Shown here piece after piece: positions 24,540 to 37,212 of a stretch of DNA of 64,000 nucleotides. The notes under the pieces were generated by a model. That model saw only the letters and a program-made list of their open reading frames with translations, did no database searches and was not told where the DNA came from. A program made the position numbers and the translations under genes. Numbering within the stretch: position 1 is the first letter of the stretch; the number at the start of each line of letters is the position of its first letter. Source of the DNA: Narcine bancroftii (lineage: Eukaryota); assembly GCF_036971445.1 (NCBI RefSeq), contig NC_091477.1:51088001-51152000 (forward strand). Direction: 5' to 3'.

Positions 24540-27190
24540 GATTACGCTAACAATGGGTGCTTGATGGTTAGCATCGTCTTGGTGGACCAAAGGGCCTGTG
24601 CTGCCTCTCTCAACAACTCATGTCCCTATTTCCATATACCCTTATCGAATCATTGAACGCTACAGCACAAAAGGGCTATTTGGCCCTTTAAGTCTGTGCT
24701 GAACTATTATTCGGCCTAGTCCCATTGATCTGCACCCAGACCATAGCCTTCCATATTCCCTCCCACTCTTATACCAAACTTGACCTTGCATTCATCGCTC
24801 GGCTGGCAGCTGGTTCTACATTCTCACCTCTTTGTAAAACCACATTTCACCTCTCAACTTTAATCTATATCCTCTAGTTCTGGACTTATCCAACCTCAGT
24901 GGAAAAAGGCTGCTTGCATTTAATCTATCTAATATCCCTCATAATTTGGTATAATTTTCTATCAAATCTTCTCTCATTTTCTGATGCTCCAAGGAATAAT
25001 GGTCTAATCTGTTTAACCTTTCCCTGTATCTCAGCTCCTCAAGTCCCCTTGTAACACCTGTATAAATCTTCTCTGCACTCTTTCAGTCTTATTGAAATCT
25101 TTGCTGTAGACTGTTGAGCGAACTTGCAAGCAATCTTCAAATTTGACGCAGAAGCCGGCCTTTTGGTCTATCGACTCTCTGCAATTCCATTCCCTCACTA
25201 ATTTTTTCCTGAAATCAGTTCTCACGCTCCCACTCACCCACACTAGGTCGGCAACTAACTTACTAACTGCAGGTCTTTCAGATGCAAGAAGAAATCAAAG
25301 TACCCAATTATCCCACGGAGGGCATGCAAACTCCACACACTGATCTCACCCAAGGTAAGCATCAGACCCAGGTCGCTGGAGCTTTGAGGCAGTAGCAGCT
25401 CTACTTACCAGCCATTCTTCCCCTGCCCCTACCAACATATACCCTTGGTTTGTGTTGATCCAGAGTTATAGGGTCTGGGATTGGAGCAAGCCTTCCCTGT
25501 GTGATCTGTTGTACTCTGCAGCACCCACAACATTTAGTTCCCAGCGTCAACTAGGAGGGCACATCAAGAGCTGGGATTGAGCCTGAAGGGCTGTTTTCCC
25601 TTCTTTAATCACTATCCCCTTTGAAATCTATCTCCACTTAGCCCAGCACAAGCTTTCTTCCACCCTTCATCCCATGCGAAGCTAATTCAAAAATCCAAGG
25701 AGGCTTTGCTTTGTGGATACAGAATCAGTTCACTCAGAGAAAACTGAGAACGGTTGTAGATGGTGTGTGTTCTGCTCAGGGACCGGTGACCCAGGGGTGT
25801 TCTGCAGGGATTTGTTCTGGGATCCCCTCTTCTCTGTGATTCTTACAAATAACCCGGATATTAGAAGGGTGGATAACACCAAAGTGGGTAGTGGTGTGGA
25901 TACTCTAGAGTTATGGAAGAGTTCAAGAGCTGTGAGATAATGTTGCAGCTATATAAGACCTTATTTAGATTCTACTGGAATTTTGTGTTCAGTTTTGGTC
26001 ACCTCACTTCAGGAAGGATGTGGATGGTATAGAGAGGATGCAGAGATGATTTACAAGGATGCTGCCTTGATTGGAGAGCATATGCTTTGTGAGGATAGGT
26101 TGAGTGAACTGTTTTTTTTTCTCTCCTAGAGGATGAGGGGTGACCTGATACAGGTGTGTAAGATTGATCACGTGGATGGCTCAAGGCTTTTTATTCTTCC
26201 AGGGCTGAAATGAGGAGGGTATGGATTTAAGGAGCTTGGAAGTACAGGGGGATGCAAGCAGCAAGTTTCTCCCCCACACAGAGTGGTGGATTTGCATGGA
26301 ATGCACTGCCGGCAACAGTGGTTGAGCCGGGGGCAACAGGATCTTATTGGATAATTACGAGGAGCTGAGAACAATGGAGGATTAGGCAGTAGGGAAATTC
26401 CAGTCAGTTTTTAGAGGAGGTTGTTAGGTCAGCACAACACTGTGGGCTGAATGGCCTGTTCTGTGCTGTAGATAGCTATGTTCTATGACTGCGCCTTCCT
26501 CACCTTTATGAGGGTATAGAGGTAAGCAGCAAGAAAACAGGCCCTTTGGTCCAATGCACACCAAGATGCCTATCTGAGCAAGTCCAAACTACCTGGATTT
26601 GGTTCTTGTATCTTTTTACCTTGCCCCTGCCCAAATGTTTTTTTTTTAATTAAAATGTCACAATTGTACTCTTTAACCTCTTCCTCTTGTTCCATATATC
26701 TACTACCCTCTATGTGAAAGAGGTGTCTCTATGGTTTCTTTTAAATCTTTCCCCATCTCACCTTCAACCCATGCCCTCTAGTTTTAGAATCCTCTCCCCT
26801 GAGGAACAAAAAAGGCTAGCTCTTTATCTTAGATGTACCACGCACGATTTTATAAACTATTATCAGATCACTTCTCAGCCTCCAGGACTCCAGGGAAAAC
26901 AGTCGCAGACAATTCTAAAAACAACTTGTACTCAGCCAACAGTATACGAGTTTGCAGTTTGTTGTTCCTTAGTGATCCCAATCAATTCTTATTCTTTAAG
27001 ATAAGAAGATCAAAAACTCCAGCTGGGCTTGGGCATTTTACCCATTCCACCATTCGATAAGGCCAGGATCAGTCTGCTTCTGACCTCAATTCCACTTTCC
27101 TGCCTGAATCCCATACTCTTCAGCTCCCCTTAAATATACTTAACAACATCTAAGGTAGAGAAATACAAAGGTTCACAACTCTGAGGGGTT
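24540..27190. mobile_element. Cluster of CR1 3' fragments in both orientations, with a SINE at ~25200-25400
   Basis: VQFWSP and ERVQRRF motifs; ttgtgttcagttttggtcacc; CR1 tails tgggctgaatggcctgttctgtgctgt. Confidence 0.7.
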
Positions 27191-29707
27191 AAAAAAAAAC
27201 CTGTAGCTCAACCACAAACCTCCCAGTTTCATTCTCATGCCATTTGTGCTTTGCACAAGTCCCTACTCATGCAGGTAAATATTGGGACTGGATGGTGACG
27301 GTGCTTGGCTTGTGTGTAATCTATTTCAGTAGATTAAATCCAATCAGTGAAATTTGAGATGTTTCACACATGAAAATAAGACTGCCTTAGGCTTCAGGAC
27401 CATACATTTTTTTTTACTTTTAAACTTAGTTGTTCCATACCTGCATTAGATTTTGTTAAACCATCAGAAGTTCTTCCTATTGAAATGAATGGAAATGTTT
27501 AATTGACAAGGGAAAGAGGCCAATTTTCTGAAGGACTCAACTCTATACACTAAATATGGCTTCAAATGATCATATATGTGGTGCTAGATTTACCCTCATT
27601 CATAAAATTATGGCTTTACAAGTCAAAGTTTGGTGAACAGGAATATTTTAAGGCAGAAAAAAAATCTTTTCATTTTAACTAAAATGAAATTAAATGAAAA
27701 CAGCTATTTACATCAAAAGAAATGCTTTAATGTGTAAACCTGTTCCAAGGTACCAAACAGTTAACACCAGGGCATAGTAGATTTTACCCTTGCTTCCAAC
27801 AATAGCACAGCAGATACCCAGTAGCTTGAGGAGTAACTTAATCTTTGGCAAGATCTGACTAGCAATGGGAAAATCAGGTCCATTGGGATTACTCAGTGGA
27901 GCGTCACAGCACTGCAGTGAACCTCCACGGTGATGAACCAGCTGGGTCTATTCGGGAGGATGGGGTGGGGCTCAATGGGTAGTGACAATGACCCGAGAAA
28001 CAACCCTGCTCTCACATGACAATGGGGCCTCTTTTATCAACCTGACCTCCAGGAAGGTCACCGAACCCTGACCCGCAGACACGAGGGCTCTACTCTTCTG
28101 ACTCTGAGGCCATAATGACGACAGGGATGTGTCGGGGATTTTGTTGCCCACCATTTCTCCCCCCTCCCACTAGCCCACCATTTCTATTTCCACTGCTTAG
28201 CCTTGCTCAAAATCTATTCCAGCTAATATAACTGAAAAACATGGAAATTAATATGTGGTTGGGTCTGTTGTAACAAACTGAAACAAATTTCAAAGTACAA
28301 TCAATAAAAACCCTTTGTTAGATGGATTATGATTCAGAGTGGATGACAACAGCAGAATGACATCGCATGACCAATGTTACACAGAGGTATATTGAGAAGA
28401 TAGATTTTCCAAACTCAAAAACTCAAGTGCCTCTCTTGGTTCAATTACTACTGTTAGATTAAATACTAAAGTAAAACATTAATTCAAGCTGGAAATGAAG
28501 GCCACTGACAAACGAGAAATCAAATCCTGAATCATTTCCTTCTGGTACAACTGCCCACTGACTTGCATCGTGTCAGAACATCTAAGATTAGCTGCTCTCA
28601 GCTGGGCCAACCACTAGGCATCACTGGGGGAAGCGGAAGGGGCAAGATAATTTAAAAAAAAACAGCAGGAAATAATGTAGGATTATTATCCTACAGCAAA
28701 TACAAATGAGGGGTCTTCCTGCAAGGCAGAATTAGACTGGCACAGAAAGATCAGTTACCCAAGTAAGTCAATTTTAAATGAGGAGAGTGAAAGCAATAAA
28801 ATTAGAAAAGGGGGTGGGGGGAAAGAACAAAATAAAAGCAAAAGTTCACTGCAGATCATAACATCTAAAATTCATTTCTGTAAGAAAAAAAAGAACACTC
28901 ACCACAGCTCGAAGTGACTCGTCCTTCGAAACAAGTTCTCCTTCACATACCATGGACAATGACACAAAGCGAGCAGTGACTGTCTAAAGTCGATTCCAGG
29001 ATGCCTGATCTTTGAGGACCTTCTCTTTCCCTTTCCTATCCATGCTCCTCTCAAAATTCCTTCACGCCCTCCCTGCGATCGAGGGCCATATTAGTATTTT
29101 AGCAATCAGGTGGCTTCCCTCTTTGAGTTGATACCCATTTACCTGCCTCTCTAAAAAGCCCAGGTTCTACTGATTATTTTGAGATCTATTCATAAAGGAA
29201 TCACTTTCTTGTCAAGATGGAAGGTTTAGAACTTCATCTGGGTAATATAAGAAAACCTCATTTTCCATTACGGTCAAAAAATATATACATTTCTTTACTT
29301 CTCCTCTGCCCTTTTTACTGATTTACTCAAAGTTCTTCTAATTAGCCAGAATTGTACTTATGTAACTTTATAGCAAAACTCATTGTATCCTTGTTTCATA
29401 ATAATCCCAGCTTCCCCAGTCTCTCGATGTAACTAAATCTTACCCTTAGTACCATTCTCCTCTGAAACTTCCACAAAGACTGGACATCAGTTTCAAAATG
29501 TGGTGCCCAGAATTAAAGCCTTCACGCCTGGTGATTTAGAAAGGCAATCGCAAAAGCATCAATACATCACAAAACTGTTAAGTGTTCTAAAATGACAGGA
29601 AAACTGCCTTGCTTATTGTTAACTTTCAGCAGTGGTGCAGATTGATAGAAGAATCTCAGATGGAATGTCAAGAGTTGGAAATGTTTGCTTCAATGCAGTG
29701 TTCTTAC

Positions 29708-29867
29708 CTGAAAGGCTGAAGCCAGATTGGTGTAGATTTCGAACTGGTTGGGGCTGTTTTGAAGGGGATGTCTTGGCTGATGCTGAAGGGGTGCCTGCTT
29801 TTGGGGTGCCTAGGTCGTACACGGGACCATCGTACATTCCTCTGGGTACACCACGCACCTGTGCCAA
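29708..29867 (-). CDS. DPYSL3: DPYSL3/CRMP4 penultimate coding exon: [53 protein letters not shown](G)
   Basis: Acceptor ttatcttttcaag, donor G|gtaaga; 160 nt; CRMP motifs [10 protein letters not shown] and [13 protein letters not shown]. Confidence 0.95.
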
Positions 29868-30564
29868 CTTGAAAAGATAAAAGAATGTATTAGATGAAGG
29901 TTTTTGCTGCACAGTTTCAACAGCTAGATCATATCAGCCTTGCCAAATTAATGTCAGCACCGTCGGGATTTCTTCTCTTTAAAGATATTAGAGCCCACTT
30001 CTTTAACTGCTTCCCCAGCATTGCATCACACCTCTGCCAACCTTCAATCTTTCCACCAAAAGTCTGGATAGGCAGCTTATCAATGAACAGAATTTAGTCC
30101 AAGAAACATTAACAACTTCATTCATAAGCCATAAAACATTGGCACATTTGCATCTCTGCAGAGTTCACGACGGGAAATAACTAACATCCTCTCCCTGTGA
30201 GTATCCCAAAGTGGAGCTCTGCTCGGTGCACGGTCATGGTGTCTATGCCAACAGGTGCTCATCTTTCAATCTGACTTCAGGTGGGGCATGGCCAGAGAAT
30301 TTCACTCTGATCATGCAACACAGCTGCCACGCAAGATGAGTTAACATCAGAGAAAGATACATCCATGACAACCCCTGAAGCCACAAGGCCACTTGTGGCC
30401 AACAGTAAAAACAGAAACGGCAGCATGAGAGTGCAAGATTTTCATCCACGTACATCTAAAAATGTCAATCCAAACTCTTCCAATGAACAAAAAAAACCAA
30501 AGATTGCAGATGCTGGAAACTTGAGCAAACAGTGAGCTGCTGGAAGAACTCAACAGGTCAGAGA

Positions 30565-31340
30565 TTTAAAGGTTCCTTTTACTGTCACATAATAATACAT
30601 TAAAAATTGAAGATACATGAGATTTGTCAACTTTTGGCTGCCATGAGGCAAACAAAGAGTTGCCATGAGCATTACCCAGCACCCCAAAGAATAGAAGGAG
30701 GAGGAAAAGGAAAAAAAAGTCCCTTCAGAGACACTGAGCATCTGTGGATTCACCTCCAGCCCTCCTGCAGTCACACAGACTTCAGATCAAACAGTCGGTA
30801 TGTTAACCTCTAGATCAAAACCTTTGATACAGTCAGGAAGCCTTCAGGTCCTCCTTGCCCTCAGCACCCTCTTGAATCCTAGCTCTGATACTAGGCTCCT
30901 ATGAGCCAGCTTCCAGCAGCCCACAGCATGCGTGGGCCATTCAGCCACTGAGCCCCTCGCTGGTCCACTGCTGTGGTCACCATCCTGTAGGGTATTCTCC
31001 TATGCTCCTCCCTCACAAGGGGGCTGTACTCCCATTTCTGGTGCGCTGAGTCTGCATCTCCTTGTGGCACGCTGCTCAGCACAGGACGGCCACCTTGTGC
31101 ACAGACCACTGTGATTGTGGGATTTAAACAAAAAATACTTTTGTTTCCTTTAACAGGCTGTTTAAAGCCCATATAGAGCTGTTGGCATCAGTACCAGGCA
31201 ATAGGACCCTGCATAGCAGTGCTGAGTCTCTGCTCCCTGCTCTCCCAGGTCTGCACCAGCAGCAGCACCGCCAGTTCATTTTCGGCAGCGTCCACAGACA
31301 ATGTTTTGTGTCAGGCCCCTTAAAATCGAGATTTATTTCC
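30565..31340 (-). mobile_element. Non-LTR retroelement 3' region (tail shared with ~33620-33835 and with the 5S SINE)
   Basis: ttaaaggttccttttactgtcacataataatacatt...catgagatt...gccatgaggcaaacaaagag. Confidence 0.55.
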
Positions 31341-31621
31341 CATGTACAACCCTCGAAATTCAGAGACAAGAATCACTGTGATTTATGATCTTAACATCAT
31401 AATGACCTCTTCTTTTCTCATCTATTTATTTCACTATCTTAAAAAAAAAGATGTGGTTGTGGCACATTGACGAATGCAGAAGCACAAGTTCATACCCCAC
31501 CTCTGCCACTGTGGAATTTAAATTCAGATTTGGGAAACAAGTGTGAATTTGAGTAGTGATTAGGACACAGAGGGGCACGGTCAAGCTGAGAAAGTGAGCA
31601 ACAAAGATGCAGTGCAACACA

Positions 31622-31770
31622 GGGGCGGCGCATTTGCCATAGCGGTTAGTGCAGCACCCTCACACCGCTGACGATCGGGACTGGGGTTTGCGTGAATTTT
31701 CCACGGGGGCTCCGGTTTCCTCCCACTGTTCAAAACGTACCAGGGATGTAGTTTAATTGGGTGTAAATTT
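31622..31770 (+). mobile_element. tRNA-derived SINE, internally deleted
   Basis: A-box-like catagcggttagtgc; ggggctccggtttcctcccact core. Confidence 0.75.
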
Positions 31771-34300
31771 AGGTTAAGCAGTTACAAGTGCAAATGGTAC
31801 ATTACAGGAGTACAAGAATAAAATCTTACCAGAACAATACAGACCCTCGATGAGTCCAACACAAGATGTATTTACCAGAGAGCAAGTGCAGTGAAGATTC
31901 ACTAGACTGCATCAGTAGGCTAGCCATCAATTTTTTGCAGCTTGGATGAATGGAAGATAAGCTTTTTGAAAGGTTCTCAATTCTTCTAGGGTTCGACTGG
32001 CAAGATGGAGAGAGATGCTTCCCTTAGCTGAACTGTCACTGTTTCAAAATAACGGGGGGTGGAAATTAGGAGAAAATGACTTTCTCTCTTTGGACAGAGA
32101 ATGAGTGGAATTCTCCATCCAAGAAGGCTGGGAAGACTCTTGTCACTGATTCCATTCCAAACAGTGATCAATTGATTTTGAGAAACTGAGGTCTAGGAGG
32201 AAAGGGCAGGGAAATCGTGTGAAGGTAGAAGATGAACCTTCATCATAATGTGTGGTGGAACAGATTCGAGGGGATCAAAAGGCCTCAGTTCCTATTCTCT
32301 TATGAATATATTTTATATACCCCTGTACACAGACCCAATGAAATGCCATCCTTGTGGAGAAGCTACTGCTTTAGCCACTGAAACACTGCCAACCTTCCCC
32401 TCCTCCCTCCATCTCAAGGAGGCAGGTTTGGAACTAACTGGGTTTAATGGTCAAGCTCAGAGATTTGACAGGTGATCAGCAATGTAAACCTCTTCACTTC
32501 TAGCAAGAGGGTAGAATGCCCAATGAAAAACTGCTGAAGATGTGCTCAACATCTATAAGAGGTAATTCGTTTGATGCCTGGCAAGAGCAAACATAAATAT
32601 TATTCCAAAGCTGGGTTAATTGAACTATCTTGCCGCATGGTGCTTGGCAAACTGAAGCCAGATGTTCCACAGAAAAAATAATTCCAATGGGATTAGTGAT
32701 AATTACAGCTGAATTCGTACTGAGCTAACAGCGGGATCAACAACCTGCCACCTTCAATCTTCACTAAATAGATACGATGAAAAGGCTTTATTTTATCTTG
32801 AGTGAAGATCCAAGCACTACAGCAAAGCACTATCACACCTTAAAGAGCAGGGAAATTAAGCTCAAAGAACAATCCTGGCAGCTAAACGTTGCCAGCTTTC
32901 AGGACTGAAAGGCAGACGGGGAAGGATCAGTCAAGCAAGGCTTCCTTGTGTTGTCTGCTGAGAGACAGATGCTGATAGCAGTGCTCACAGACAGACCGGA
33001 TCTTCACCTTCTTCACAGACACGCCCACACATCCGCTCTTCAATACGACCAAAGCAATGCCCTGAATACAGATACTTCCAAACCACTAACCCAGCTGATT
33101 TGCCAACCCGATTCCAGAAATTGGCTGTTCTTCCATCCCTGCTCTTCTGAAGCTATGATTTAAACAGGCTGTTTGTTTTATTCCTCCAGACAATTCATCC
33201 CTAAAAAGGGCAGATGTAACTCCCGGTCTCATTCATTTACCTCTTCTAGCAGTGGCTGCTAAATAAAGATGAGAGAAACTTTCTTGTCTCTCTCACACCA
33301 ATAACTCCCATCTGCTGATTGGCCAAATTGATTCAATGAACTAGAAATACTTCAAAACATTTCAGGGACAGTCTTTTGAGATTAAAGCAATGCATGTATG
33401 TTATTTGAGTTATGCACCAGGTCTGCCCTATCATTGAATCTTAATATTAAACTGAAGCCAAACTTCAGCAGTTGAAGAGATGGGCTTCCCGAACTGGTTG
33501 AAGAGGTGTGGCAGGGGAGTGTAATTTGGGAATTACACTTGCTGCGACTGGGAAGAACCTTTCTCACTAAATCAGGTATATAACGTGACAAAGAAACTTA
33601 AACTTGGGTTTGCTACTTCTTACTCTCTTGCTTATGGGCTAGAGGCTATGTGGCTGCAGGAGTGTTAGAGACTCAGGCATATGCAGTAGCCCCAAACGGA
33701 CTCCTTCTACTATTGTTAGAGGTGCTGGGCATCGTGGAAGCAGATTCTTGTTTGCCTTATGGCAGACAAAAGATGAAGTGTATCATGTATTTTTTAATGC
33801 ATTATTATGTGGCAATAAAAGGAAGCTTTGAAAAACCTTTAGTTACTTGAGAAATGAGAGGCACAGTGATCAAGACCAGGAAACAAATATAAGGGGTGGG
33901 TATCTATGAGGTGCAGGAAGGTCAGTAAATGAGGAAAGGAGCAAGAAAGGGAAATAAAAGATGGCAAGCTGAAGTGGAGGAGTAGCTGACAGCACATTGG
34001 GAACAAGGAGAGAGAGAGGAAGAGGAGAGGGAAAGAGAGAGAGGAAGGGGAGAGTGAGTGAGGGAGGAAGGAAGAGAGAGAGATGGAATGATAAAGTACT
34101 AGAGATCCTCCCAATCACTAATGGGAATCATAGACTGCAGAGATGGAGATCCTCCCAACCACTAGAGGGAGTCAGAGAATGGTTTGTTGCAGGTTGGGTT
34201 GGATTCAAGATGGATTCCTCCACATGGTCCTGAGTGAGTTCTGCTTTAGCTAATAAGTAGTTTTAAAAGAACCCAAGTTTCCTTATTACAAGAAGCATCA

Positions 34301-34303
<3 letters not shown>

Positions 34304-34367
<64 letters not shown>

Positions 34368-34374
34368 GAGAGAG
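34304..34374. repeat. (GA)n microsatellite
   Basis: About 30 perfect GA units, then degenerate purine tract. Confidence 0.95.
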
Positions 34375-34820
34375 GGGAAGGGAGAAAAAGGAAAAAGGAA
34401 GAGAGAGGCAGAGAACAAAGAAAAGCAGGTGGAAAGAATTTGTTTTTATATTTTTCCCTACAAGTGCCAGATGGCATAAGATGTTTTTTTTAACCAATGT
34501 CATGGTCTTTAAAATGTTATCTCTGTGCCAGCCAATCTAAGCACAATCATTTTACTTCAGAATTCTTGTTATTTTGGGTCCTGTGGAATTGAGCCCCATC
34601 TTCTGTTCACCATCCACTACCAAAGAACATGAACATGCATTCTCTTAGCACTTTGCCAGAAGCTCTGCAATGGCACTTACTGTGTAATCTTCAGACTCAA
34701 TGGAAGAAGTGATGTTGAACATGGTAGCCATTGGAAAGCCAATAATAACCTGCAACACTTTGAATCACTATTCACAATTCTTTTGAAACTCCTAAGGAGA
34801 GCTTTAAGAATGACGCATGA

Positions 34821-35067
34821 TTTAAAGGTAAAGGTTCTATTACTGTCATGTAATACTACATTTAGAACTTAACATACATGAAATTCTTTAACTTTTGTCG
34901 ACCGTAAGGCAGACAGAGAGTCATCACTTTGTCTAGCACCCCTCACAGAAACCTACAGCACCTGGTGTTCCTAGGCAAACTCCCCTCCAAGTACTGACCA
35001 GTCCTGGACCAGTCTGCTTAGCTTCCAAGATCAGACAGTCTCAGGCATATGCAGGCTATTAGGTGCC
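34821..35067 (-). mobile_element. 5S rRNA-derived SINE (SINE3-type); 5S head ~34949-35067
   Basis: Minus strand gtctgatcttggaagctaagcag...ggtcagtacttggaggggag...gcctaggaacaccaggtgctgtaggttt aligns with vertebrate 5S rRNA (A box, C box, 3' end); followed by LINE-like tail ending cctttaccttta. Confidence 0.85.
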
Positions 35068-35377
35068 ACATAGGTGGTGGCTTGCAGGCCTTGCCATTTT
35101 CAGAGGTGAAGGTCTCATGGTGGGGAGGTGCTGTCTAATTTACCGAGGGGTGTAACTGCTGGGCATTTTGGAGATGGTACACACTGTGCACCAATGATGG
35201 AGTGAAGGAATGTTTAAGTGGGGTGCCAATCAAATAGGCTACTATGTCCTGGATGGCTGTAGTTCTAACAAGGTGGGTCCAAATACACATTATGAACCTA
35301 ATGGATCCATGTCCTGGTGTGCAAATCAATCTGCTGGCCAAAAGTAAATCACAAAATTATGTAGACACCGTGGTTGA

Positions 35378-35481
35378 AGTAAAATCACAGCGCTGGAAAA
35401 GCTCAGCAGATCAAACAGTGTTCTCTATGTAGCAAAGGTAAAGATACATAACTGATGTTTTGGGTTTGAGCCCTTCATCAG
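35378..35481 (-). mobile_element. Penelope-like terminal fragment with hammerhead-like core
   Basis: Minus strand CTGATGAagggctcaaacccAAAACatcagttatgtatc. Confidence 0.65.
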
Positions 35482-36134
35482 CGTCTGATGAACTTTGCTG
35501 AAGGGCTACCTAAAGGACACGGTGTGATGAATCTGCAGCCCAATGTGCACCTGTGAGGCAGATTCCAGCAATGACTGTGCGGTGAGAATGCTGCATCATG
35601 GCTTTCAGCTGAATGTTTTAAATGGCTTCAGAGAACAAGCCAGCTCTTGTAGCTTGGGGTGCAATTTCCCAAAGAATAAATCACTGGACCCACTACAGTG
35701 GTGTAGGCAGGCAGGCTAGAGGCAGCCCTGGGGAGAGTCAATTGAGGAGGTCAATTCACAGCAGACCGAGAGGTAATAAAAGTGACAAAATCCAGCTTTG
35801 TACCAGACAAAGGCACCACTCCTTTGGTCAGTCTGGCACCAAGGAGGAAATTTTGACTTTAAAAGTGATGATGGAAATGAAACTTGGGGAAAGAAAAATA
35901 GAGTGGATGCAGGAGATATTATCTCTCATTTTATACAGAAATAGAAATGATGTCATATCTTCTTTCAGCTGTAAACAATAAAAAGCAAGAAGAGATGAGC
36001 CAAGAGAGAAGTTAAGGGAATATATTTCCTGCCCAAATTTTCTGAAAAGCAAAAGGAAATGCAGGTCCAAAGGAATGGTGTATTTCCCCCCCCCCCCTCT
36101 TTCATTCTCCCTCTCACTTGCTGTAGAATTCAGT

Positions 36135-36353
36135 AAAACAAGAACGTCTGCAGGCGCTGGTGTCGAGTGCAATACACAAACGTGCTAGAGAAACTCAGCA
36201 GGTCGCACAGCATCCTTGGGCAGTAAAGGGTAACCAACGTTGCAGGCCTTCATGTATACCGGACGAAGGGCCCAGGCCCGCAACGTTGGTTACGCTTTAC
36301 TGCCCAAGGACGCTGTGTGACCTGCTGAGTTTCTCCAGCACGTCTGTGTATTG
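36135..36353. mobile_element. Penelope-derived fold-back mini-element
   Basis: ~79-bp inverted arms (36170-~36249 and ~36275-36353), 6 mismatches. Confidence 0.8.
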
Positions 36354-36867
36354 GCCTGTAAATTTGACAGTTTTGCTGCTTCCTCCGCTTCAATTTATTT
36401 TTGTTTTGCAGGCAAGAATGCATCAGGAATGTAATAAATGAAGGCAGAAGTCAATTCAGTCCCTCTTGGTTGCCCTCTTAGTTCACCAGACTGTGGCTGG
36501 TCTTTTTTCCGGAACTCCATTAATCTATCACTCCTGTTTTTGAATACACTGTGCTTCTGAGCATCCACAGATTTAGGATCCAATAGTCCAACGATTTACC
36601 ATCTTCTGGCCAGTCCTCTTATTTTTCTTGTGAGTGCAACAATTGGTTTCAAACATTCCCAACCAGGAGAAACATCATCGGTACATCCACCAAAGCTCGT
36701 GAGGACCAATAATCCCTCTCAGCTGCACGTGCATGTCCCCTCTTGCACAAAACAGAGTGTGCAAGCCTTCAAATGTGCACATTTTGATTTCTTTCGTGCA
36801 CAGCTTAGAGGGAACACTGGTGAGGACTTAGTTTATTGCAATGAGATCAGCTCTCATTCTTTTAAAT

Positions 36868-37212
36868 CAATGATTCTCAACCTTTTCCTTTCCTCTCACA
36901 TGCCACAAGGGTTAGTAAGGGTTTGCCTAAGGTGGCATGTGGGTGGAAAGAAAAAGTTTGAAAACTACTGTTTTAATCGTGCTTAATGGACTCGTTATGT
37001 GCACGGTTTCATAGCTCCAAAGGAAATGGGCCAATGACAAATTTTCTCAAGCAAAATATTTCAGTAACAATTGGGTCTAGAGCAGTGGTTCTTAACCTTC
37101 CTTTCCCACTCACAGACCACCTTAACCAATCCCTTACTAATCACACAGCACCGATGGCATAAGGATCACTTAAAGTGTGATGTGGGTGGAAAGAAAAAGT
37201 TGAGAAACTCGG
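36868..37212. mobile_element. Composite hAT MITE-spacer-MITE element, complete
   Basis: MITE1 36868-36970, spacer 36971-37082, MITE2 37083-37212; perfect outer 8-bp TSD TTTTAAAT (36860-36867, 37213-37220). Confidence 0.9.

Noticed and set aside
34949-35067. Functional 5S rRNA gene
   Set aside because: Diverged, with an internal insertion and degenerate 5' end; single copy fused to a retroelement tail
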